Below are positions 19,421-27,177 of a stretch of DNA of 50,851 nt, one piece after another. This stretch comes from Opitutia bacterium (GTDB taxonomy: Bacteria > Verrucomicrobiota > Verrucomicrobiia > Opitutales > T3Sed10-336): positions 47,502 through 98,352 of the forward strand of contig JBJHCF010000012.1 in assembly GCA_050506795.1 (NCBI GenBank), read 5' to 3'. A program made the position numbers and the translations under genes. The notes under the pieces were generated by a model that was not told the DNA's origin, did no database searches, and saw nothing but the letters and a program-made list of their open reading frames with translations. Numbering within the stretch: position 1 is the first letter of the stretch; every line of letters begins with the position of its first letter.

Positions 19421-22400
19421 ATGTACGATTCACGTGTTCCGCGAAGTCTTTTCATCTACGGCCTGCTTGCCGTTTTTGTCCTCTCCGGCTTCGCCGGCCT
19501 GATCTACCAGTCCATCTGGTCCCATTACCTCGGCCTGTGGCTGGGCCATGCCGCGTATGCTCAGGCCCTGGTTCTGGCCACTTTCATGGGCGGAATGGGG
19601 TTGGGGGCGGCCCTGGTGGCGCGTTACACCAGCGGCTGGCGCAATCTGGTCCGGAAATACGCTATCGTGGAACTCGCGCTCGGCGTCGCCGGACTTTGCT
19701 TTCACCTGATCTTCGTCAATCTGCACCACCTGCTGCTGGAATCGATCGTTCCCGTCCTGCCGTCGGCCTCCCTGGTCAGTGGTGTAAAATGGGGGGTCGC
19801 CATAGGCCTGATCCTGCCTCAATCGATTCTGTTGGGTATGAGCTTCCCCTTGATGAGCGCGGGCATCATGCGGCGGATTCAAGGCATTGAAGGACGAGTC
19901 CTGGGAAACCTCTATTTTTCCAACAGCATCGGGGCGGCGGCGGGCGCCCTGGCCGCGACGTTTATTCTGGTGCCCGCCGTAGGACTTCCGGGAGCGATTC
20001 AAATCGCGGGCTGCCTCAACCTGCTGGTCGGCGCCGCCGCGTGGGTTTTGAGCCCGAATGAAGCCGGAAACCAGTCCCAGGCCCCACGACAGGTCTCCGA
20101 CTCGGAATCCGTCGCGCGGCCGTCAGCCAAACGATCCCTGCTTTACGTTCTGCTGGCGGGCACGGCGCTCTCCAGCGCCGCTTCCTTCATGTACGAAATC
20201 GGCTGGGTGCGCATGCTCAGCCTCGCCGTGGGAACGACGCTGCACGCTTTCGAACTGATGCTGGCCGCTTTCATTGGAGGCCTGGCTCTTGGCGGTCTCT
20301 GGATCAGAGGTCACGCCGACAAGTTCGGGCGTCCGTTGATCGCCCTCAGTTGGATACAATTATTGATGGGCCTTTGCGCGCTCGGCTCGTTGGCCCTTTA
20401 CAGCGGCGCGTTCAAATGGGTCGGCTACCTCATGGCGGCCCTCGCGGAGACCAACAGCGGTTACCATTTTTACAATGCGGGAACGGCGGTCGCCGCCATC
20501 GGCATCATGCTGCCGGCAGCCTTCTTCGCCGGAGCCACCCTGCCGCTTTTTACCACCATTCTCCTGCGCGCCGGATTCGGGGAGTCCGTGATCGGAAAGG
20601 TTTACGCCTGTAATACCTTCGGGGCGATTTTTGGGGTTTTCGCCGCCGTTCACTTCATGATCCCTCGAATGGGATTGCGCGATGCCATGATCGCCGCGGC
20701 CGGACTCGATATCGCCATCGGCCTGGTCCTGATGGGCTTGTACTCACAGGGGCGGCAACGGGCCCTGCTGGTTCCCGCGGTTGTGGGGGCGAGTCTTTTC
20801 TGCGTCGTGGCAACCGGAATGTGGGTGCAATTCGATCCGCATCGCCTCGCCTCCGGGGTTTTCCGCAGCGGACGGCCTACGCTTGGATCCTCGTATGAAA
20901 TGCTGTACTACCGTGACGGCAAGACCGCCAGTGTCGCGCTTTTTCAGTCCCAGAACGCGGTTCGCTCGATTGCGAACAACGGCAAAGTGGACGCTTCGCT
21001 TTCCTTCGACGAGGAAGCCGGACCGACATTCGATGAATCCACTATGGTCCTCGCCGGCGCCCTGCCGATGGGCCTGCACGCGGACCCCCGAAGGGTTGCG
21101 GTCATAGGCTTCGGCTCCGGTCTGACCACGCAGACCGTCCTGGCGGATCCTCGTGTGGAGAATGTGGATACGATCGAGATCGAGTCCATGATGATCGAAG
21201 CCGCGCGCGGGTTTGGTTATCGCGTGGAGCGAGCTTATGCGGATCCTCGGTCGAACATCGTCATAGATGACGCCAAGACCGTGCTATCCGGCAGCAGGGA
21301 TCGTTACGATATCATCATATCCGAACCCTCAAACCCCTGGATGGCCGGGGTGGGCAATCTCTTCGCCGACGAGTTTTACGACTTTATCGCCAAACGACTC
21401 AACCCGGGCGGCCTTTTCGTCCAATGGCTCCAGTTGTACGAAATCGACGAAGCCCTGGTCGGGTCCATTCTCTCGGCGTTTGTCCCGCATTTCGACGATC
21501 ATCGCGCCTGGCTGGCGAATTCATCGGACCTGCTGATTGTTGGGACCCGAGGCGATCCGCTCCCTGCCCTGGACATCGAACATTTGTTTCGCGACCAGCT
21601 GGGCGTGGAAATGCGGCGCGCGGGTTTGCGCGATCCTGCTCAGATCGTCTTGCGCGAGTTCGCCGACGGCGCATTGCTGCGCGCCATGGCCGCCGCATTA
21701 GGGCAACCGGCGAACTCATATTACCGCCCCGTTCTCACGCTGAACGCCCCCAGGACGCGTTTTCGCCGGTTGAGTGCCGACCGGATCAATGCGCGTTCCG
21801 GAGAGCATGTTATGGTTCTCGAGCTCCTGGGGACCGGAAAACCGCTGCCCGGTGGCGTGGCACCTCCGGAACGCCCGCACTTCCGCGGAGAATACAACAC
21901 CACCATTGCCCGAACACTTCGGGGGGTCCTTTTGGGAGATGGCGATGCCTATGCGTTGTCGAACCGCTTTGATTCGGCCTGGCGTACGGAGCTGCTGCGC
22001 CTTCAATCACAGAATTGCCGGGAATCGGAAGACGCTGGCCGGGTCCCGGTTTGGCTGGATTTGTACGGGCCGTTCGTTTTGGAAACCCTTCCCTTTATCG
22101 ATACCGAGGGCGCCTACTCCCTGTTTGTCGAGCCGGAATGGCATCGGTGTACGGACATGCCGGCACTGGTGCGGACGGCACTCGACTTTACCAGGGATCT
22201 CGCCTTGCGGGACCTGTCGGAGATCCCGGTCTCGGCAGCCCGTTTCCTGGATCGAGCCGCGGAAGATGGAATCGACTCCAACCCTCTTAATGAATTGGCT
22301 TACCTGGCGGCTCAGGCCGCCCTGATTTCCTCAGGCGATCTGACGAATGCGCGTTCATTCAGAAATGATTATCGGGATGCCGCGATATTGAAGGCACAGG

Positions 22401-22462
22401 GCCAATTCCTCCAGGATGTCCTGGGAGAGATTTTGACACCTTCCGGCGATGCTCCCCATTGA
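19421..22462 (+). CDS. Fused multi-pass membrane (MFS-like)/spermidine-synthase-like SAM-binding protein
   Basis: SGFAGLIYQ..W helices (about 13 TM), then VAVIGFGSGLT, TIEIE, DDAK, YDIIISEPSNPW. Confidence 0.85.
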   Translation: MYDSRVPRSLFIYGLLAVFVLSGFAGLIYQSIWSHYLGLWLGHAAYAQALVLATFMGGMGLGAALVARYTSGWRNLVRKYAIVELALGVAGLCFHLIFVNLHHLLLESIVPVLPSASLVSGVKWGVAIGLILPQSILLGMSFPLMSAGIMRRIQGIEGRVLGNLYFSNSIGAAAGALAATFILVPAVGLPGAIQIAGCLNLLVGAAAWVLSPNEAGNQSQAPRQVSDSESVARPSAKRSLLYVLLAGTALSSAASFMYEIGWVRMLSLAVGTTLHAFELMLAAFIGGLALGGLWIRGHADKFGRPLIALSWIQLLMGLCALGSLALYSGAFKWVGYLMAALAETNSGYHFYNAGTAVAAIGIMLPAAFFAGATLPLFTTILLRAGFGESVIGKVYACNTFGAIFGVFAAVHFMIPRMGLRDAMIAAAGLDIAIGLVLMGLYSQGRQRALLVPAVVGASLFCVVATGMWVQFDPHRLASGVFRSGRPTLGSSYEMLYYRDGKTASVALFQSQNAVRSIANNGKVDASLSFDEEAGPTFDESTMVLAGALPMGLHADPRRVAVIGFGSGLTTQTVLADPRVENVDTIEIESMMIEAARGFGYRVERAYADPRSNIVIDDAKTVLSGSRDRYDIIISEPSNPWMAGVGNLFADEFYDFIAKRLNPGGLFVQWLQLYEIDEALVGSILSAFVPHFDDHRAWLANSSDLLIVGTRGDPLPALDIEHLFRDQLGVEMRRAGLRDPAQIVLREFADGALLRAMAAALGQPANSYYRPVLTLNAPRTRFRRLSADRINARSGEHVMVLELLGTGKPLPGGVAPPERPHFRGEYNTTIARTLRGVLLGDGDAYALSNRFDSAWRTELLRLQSQNCRESEDAGRVPVWLDLYGPFVLETLPFIDTEGAYSLFVEPEWHRCTDMPALVRTALDFTRDLALRDLSEIPVSAARFLDRAAEDGIDSNPLNELAYLAAQAALISSGDLTNARSFRNDYRDAAILKAQGQFLQDVLGEILTPSGDAPH

Positions 22463-22530
22463 CGGACTTTCACCAACGCTGCCTGCCGATCCCTGGTGGA
22501 AAGCAAAGAAACTAAAACGGGCCATTGAAC

Positions 22531-23469
22531 ATGACCTATAGTCTTTTTGGATTTAACGTTCACACTGATTTCCGATTCACGATCGACCTCCCTCGCGCGA
22601 ACGGCAATCCCGACCTTACCTTTTCGTGCGTTTCCCAAAACACTCCCCGTACCCTGGATACAGGAAATCACGTGTTTTCCAGCAGGGCGACCAACCACTT
22701 CGGTGAGCCCGAGGCGATGCTTTTCAGCAATTCCGTTGCTGATGTCATGCGTTTTCCCCGGATCGCGGACTTCGTGATTCGACCTGGATCAATTGTGTGT
22801 GAGCTCCTTGACCCCGAATGTGCCTACCTGGTGCAGATCTGTCTGCTGGGGCACGTTTTCGGCTACTACCTGGAGCGTAGCGGCTATTCTTCCATTCACG
22901 GCGCTTCGGTGGCAGTCGGAGAGTCGGCGGTATTGCTGGTCGGGCACCGGAGAGCCGGCAAGAGCACGATGGCGGGATCGCTCCTCAACGGCGGCTTGCC
23001 GCTCCTGGCCGACGACATTTCGGCGCTTGAAGTACGGAATACCAGCATCCTTTGCCGCCCGGCGTATCCCCAGATCAAACTTACCCCGGGGCAGGCGTGT
23101 CTTTTCGGCCTTGATTCCGCCAACTACGCAAAGGTTCATCCCGCCTTCGAGAAACTCAACGTTCCGATGTCCGACCTCGGCGAGTTCCATCCGACGCCAC
23201 TTCCCGCCCGCTGTGTCTACCTGATCGAACGCGTGCCGGACGAATCCACACAGGTAGAGATTGTCCCTGTTCCGCCGGGTGAAGCACTAATCGAGTTATT
23301 AAGACATACCTTTATCACCGATATCATCGAAGCCACCGATCTCCAGGCACCCAGGATGAAACGCCTGGCCCAGATCGCAAAAATCCTCCCGGTGAAACGC
23401 CTGCGGTACCCGTCCGGGTACGAAAACCTCCCGTTGGTCCATGAGGCGATTCAGGCGGACACGCGGTGA
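22531..23469 (+). CDS. HPr-kinase-like P-loop protein (lasso/paeninodin-cluster type kinase)
   Basis: IHGASV, Walker A GHRRAGKST, LLADD. Confidence 0.8.
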   Translation: MTYSLFGFNVHTDFRFTIDLPRANGNPDLTFSCVSQNTPRTLDTGNHVFSSRATNHFGEPEAMLFSNSVADVMRFPRIADFVIRPGSIVCELLDPECAYLVQICLLGHVFGYYLERSGYSSIHGASVAVGESAVLLVGHRRAGKSTMAGSLLNGGLPLLADDISALEVRNTSILCRPAYPQIKLTPGQACLFGLDSANYAKVHPAFEKLNVPMSDLGEFHPTPLPARCVYLIERVPDESTQVEIVPVPPGEALIELLRHTFITDIIEATDLQAPRMKRLAQIAKILPVKRLRYPSGYENLPLVHEAIQADTR

Positions 23470-23506
23470 TTGCGGAAGACGGATTTCCCATACGCCTGCT
23501 TAAGCA

Positions 23507-23721
23507 GAATGGCACTCGGTTTAGCTGGTTCATCCTTTGAGAAACCGATCCGAGATCAAGATCGCGCTCCTGTTTCCTGGAGGGCGGCGCTCCCGCGCCG
23601 CCGCCGTAGGGCGTGACTCCGATGTCGGCCGTCGCGAAGGGAACGGGTCGCCACCTCCGTCCGCGACCTGGGTGCGCGCGCATCCTGCCCGCACCGGCAA
23701 CGGCGGAGCGTTGCCCTCCAG
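23507..23721. mobile_element. Partial copy of the IS4-like MITE with a CTGGAGGGC...GCCCTCCAG palindromic cargo
   Basis: Begins GAATGGCACTCGGTT and is colinear with 26891-27083; no right TIR seen. Confidence 0.65.
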
Positions 23722-23722
23722 G

Positions 23723-24610
23723 TCAGAATACCCGTTCACGGACCCAGATCACATCGCCCGGAAGGATCTTGAAGCGTTCGGTTCCGTCGCGCCGGGATCC
23801 CGTGATCATGGATTCCACGTCGACCGTGTAGGTTCGCTCCCGTCCGTTTTCCTCCTGACGGGTGACGGAAACCGCGTTGGAACGGGCGATCCCGGTGAAT
23901 CCGCCGGCACGTGCGACCACTTCAACAATGTCCATGTCATTGCGCTCGATGGGGAAGTCCTGGGTTCCGGGTCGTCCCACCGCTCCGAGGATGGCGACCT
24001 CGCGCGGTGCGTATTCGACTACTCGAACGGTTACGATCGGATTGCGCAGGATTCTATTTTCGACATAGAGATTTTCAATGAAGTCTTCGGCCTCCCGGAC
24101 GCTTAGTCCTGTAACCCGATGATTGCCCAGCAGCGGAATTCGAATCTGGCCCGCCCCATCGATTCGCTGAGTGATGTTGAGATCCGCTTCACCAAAGACC
24201 TGGATCTCCACCTGGTCGCGTACGGAAAGCTGGTAATTGCGGGCGTCAAAGGCCGTGCCTGGCTGGCTGGCTGCAGTGCGTTCGGTGGTGACAAACGACT
24301 GGGTTTCGCGGTCCCAGCGAATCTGGTTCAAGGAGTCCCATCGAATTTCGGGTTGCGCCGGCCTGGAGGATTGCTCCGGCGCCGGCACTTGTTCGCTGCC
24401 CGGGGCGGCCCTTTCGTCGACCACGAGTCGGCGGGTCTCCGGGTCCCACCGGATTTGATCGGTGGACTGCCAATCGATGGCCGATCTTGAATCGTCGGTT
24501 TCCGCGGCGTTCGCTCCGGAAGCGATCAGCCCGGCCAGCAGCACCGCGGCAACGGCCGGGAGGTACCTGGCGAAGTGGGGGAGTGTGGCGATATCGAATG
24601 CGGTCTTCAT
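23723..24610 (-). CDS. Polysaccharide export protein (Wza/Poly_export plus SLBB domains)
   Basis: Signal peptide, YQLSVRDQVEIQVFGEADL, RIDGAGQIRIPLLG, GAVGRPG, ARAGGFT, ILPGDVIWV. Confidence 0.88.
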   Translation of the reverse strand: MKTAFDIATLPHFARYLPAVAAVLLAGLIASGANAAETDDSRSAIDWQSTDQIRWDPETRRLVVDERAAPGSEQVPAPEQSSRPAQPEIRWDSLNQIRWDRETQSFVTTERTAASQPGTAFDARNYQLSVRDQVEIQVFGEADLNITQRIDGAGQIRIPLLGNHRVTGLSVREAEDFIENLYVENRILRNPIVTVRVVEYAPREVAILGAVGRPGTQDFPIERNDMDIVEVVARAGGFTGIARSNAVSVTRQEENGRERTYTVDVESMITGSRRDGTERFKILPGDVIWVRERVF

Positions 24611-24663
24611 AGTATTAACTTAAGGATCTTTCAGGGACATCAATCCCGGGTTCAAAGTTCGAA

Positions 24664-25905
24664 TTAAAAGGTGTACCGGGTCGAGAGCGCGACCGTATGG
24701 CGTTCGAATTTCACGTCTCGTCGTTCCGAGTCGATATGGGTGAAAGCGTAATCAAGGCCGCCTACCCAGCGGTCTGTAAAAGTATAACTTAAACCGGTTC
24801 CCGCAGTATAGGCGTGATCGCGATCTGTTTCAACTCCGGAAAACTCGGAAAGGCGGTAGCCGGAGGAAACGTAGCCGGACATTTTTGGCGTTAGGCGCTG
24901 GGTGACCCGGACGGAAACCGAGGTGCGCTCCAGCGAACGACCTTCCCCGGATAGATCCTGGTCCCGGCTCGCGTCCAGGCTTGCTGTGGTATTCGGCCGG
25001 GCCGCCCAGGTCAAGCCGGCTGACAGAACCCCGCGGACCCGTTCCCTTCCGGTTCCCCGGATGACTTGTGTCGTCTGGGCGCCGGCGGATACCGATCCGG
25101 TAACCCGGGGAGCCAGCCGACCATCGGCGCCCACGGTAACGGCGTGATAGAGCGATTCACGGGTTTCGACTCCGGCGACGCCCGAGGAAGTAGATCTCCT
25201 CAGTCGATAGCCGAGTGTAAACCCCAGGTTTTCGGAGTAGAAGTAGCGGGTCCCCAGGCTCCCCCCGATACTGTCGACTGTACGGAATCCCACCCGTTCG
25301 GTTCGGGTGTAGTCGAACGAGTTGGTCAGCCCGACACGCTCGTTCAAACGGTAAGTGTTGTTGATACTGGCCCGATAACGGTCGGTCTGCGTTCTGATAC
25401 TGAGCGTTTCGCTCAATCCCGTCGTCTGGCGATAACTCAGGGAAACACCGCCGCCGAACCTTGAGGCGGCGGCGACGGGGTAGCCCACATCGAGCTCCGC
25501 GTAGTAGTTTTCAAAATTCTCGCCGGTAAAATCCACAAAACGACCGATGATTACGCCGGTACGAACACTCAAGTCGCTCCGGCCGGCACGGCGGATATAC
25601 TGTAACTCGGGATTGAAAGCCAACAGGATGTCATCCTCGGCATCTTCGGCTCCAAAGACGTTCGAATCGTAGGTCACGGTGCCCCCCGTGTGGAGGAGCA
25701 ACTCGCCGCGTGCGAACTCGTAGAACGCACTGGCGTGCGGTGTGGTCGCGAGGGAAGAAGCCAGCGCCGCAAGGTAGACAAAGGCAAGACGAATTGCTCG
25801 TGATCCGCATCGCGGTGACGAGAGTTTCGCCGTCACCGCCGTGCCGGCCTCGAGATTCGATTCAAACATGGACTGGAGAATAGGGCATTTTCTTGTCACC
25901 GACAA
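24664..25905 (-). CDS. Outer-membrane beta-barrel protein associated with exopolysaccharide export
   Basis: Signal-like segment, YDSNVF motif, alternating beta-strands, C-terminal RYTF; adjacent to the wza-like gene. Start uncertain (ATG 25870 possible). Confidence 0.75.
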   Translation of the reverse strand: MSVTRKCPILQSMFESNLEAGTAVTAKLSSPRCGSRAIRLAFVYLAALASSLATTPHASAFYEFARGELLLHTGGTVTYDSNVFGAEDAEDDILLAFNPELQYIRRAGRSDLSVRTGVIIGRFVDFTGENFENYYAELDVGYPVAAASRFGGGVSLSYRQTTGLSETLSIRTQTDRYRASINNTYRLNERVGLTNSFDYTRTERVGFRTVDSIGGSLGTRYFYSENLGFTLGYRLRRSTSSGVAGVETRESLYHAVTVGADGRLAPRVTGSVSAGAQTTQVIRGTGRERVRGVLSAGLTWAARPNTTASLDASRDQDLSGEGRSLERTSVSVRVTQRLTPKMSGYVSSGYRLSEFSGVETDRDHAYTAGTGLSYTFTDRWVGGLDYAFTHIDSERRDVKFERHTVALSTRYTF

Positions 25906-25965
25906 TCAGGGATTACGCTAAATCCTTGTTAAGGTAATCCCGCAGATTCCCACCTATCTAGCAGC

Positions 25966-26125
25966 GAGGCGAAGCCTCAGGCCAGCAGTAGTGCACGCAT
26001 CTTGCGTGCGAAACTCACGCTGGTCTGCGACGAGCTCAGCCGAGTCGAAGCGTGATCTACTTCTTTCAACCTGATTTGCAGAAGTTGACTCAACTACAAC
26101 AACTTTTCGAGTTTTAGGACTCTAG
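25966..26125. repeat. Dispersed REP-doublet repeat (copy 2, inverted relative to 9831-9967)
   Basis: Reverse-complement match to copy 1, with an extra ~25-nt insert GGTCTGCGACGAGCTCAGCCGAGTCG in one hairpin loop. Confidence 0.8.
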
Positions 26126-26890
26126 CCCGCCCGGCCCGGCGTCACCTGGACGTCCTTCGGCGCCGGCGGAGCGGCGCCCTCCAGTCGCGAGGCTTCGCCG
26201 GGTTATGGTTTTCTGGAGGGCAAACCGGAACTTTTCCCGCACGCGCCGGATAATTCTTTATTGGTCAGCGAATTATCATTGATTTCATTTTAGAATGAAA
26301 CTAAGAAATCTCATTCAGGATGATTTGTGTTTCAGTTGGTTTAGAGGTGGGAAAGAGACCCTTAGGCGAGCGGTCAAGACGCGGAAGTGTAAGAATTACA
26401 AGCTTTTCACTAGGTTTGATCTAGTATTTCCCCTGATAGTTGTATTAAACAATCCTTGCTAGTATGTCGGTTTCGCAGACTGATTCGACCTTGTCGGAGG
26501 TTCCGCTTCGATCCCGTTGAGTTTGTCTTTTAAATATTTCGGATTTATCTCCGGTTACTTCTGGGAAAAAAGAAGTGACGGGGCGAAGCTCGTTCGGAGA
26601 ACCGAGAACAGCAAAAATTCGAAAGATCGAGTCGCCGAGGATCCCGCTTCAACGCGCCCCTTAGATCCTTGGGTCTTATGTTTTTAAACTGTTCTTGTTG
26701 AATATGAAACAAGATATTAAAATCAATCAGTGAAGGGTCTCGTGGCAGGTGTCGCCGACTTGTTCGGATTATACGTGGCAAACTTTTTCTCAAGGAGAAA
26801 CGCAGATTGTTTAGATTGAAAAAATCAAAAATTAGTGCGTTAAAATCAAACTCGATCAGCACCAGGAACAGCGGCACTGATTGCTCAACG

Positions 26891-27151
26891 GAATGGCACT
26901 CGGTTAAGCAGCTGCATCGTTTGAGAAACCTAATCGAAATCGGAAGCGCGCCTATGCTTCATGGAGGGCGGCGCTCCCGTGCCGCCGCCGTAAGGTGTGG
27001 CGCCGGTGGCGGCCGTTGCGAGGAAAACGGGTCGCCACCTTTGTCCGGGGCGATCCCGGCCATGCGGGAGCCTGGCCCTCCAGAGGAAGTGCCGATGCGA
27101 TTCGGTAAAGCATAAGTTGCTTCGATCAGCGCCCTTAACCGAGTGCCATTC
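26891..27151. mobile_element. MITE with perfect 18-bp IS4-like TIRs
   Basis: GAATGGCACTCGGTTAAG (26891-26908) and CTTAACCGAGTGCCATTC (27134-27151). Flanks TTGCTCAACG and TTGCCAAACG match 8/10 (degenerate TSD). Confidence 0.82.
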
Positions 27152-27177
27152 TTGCCAAACGGCATCAATAAAGGTCC

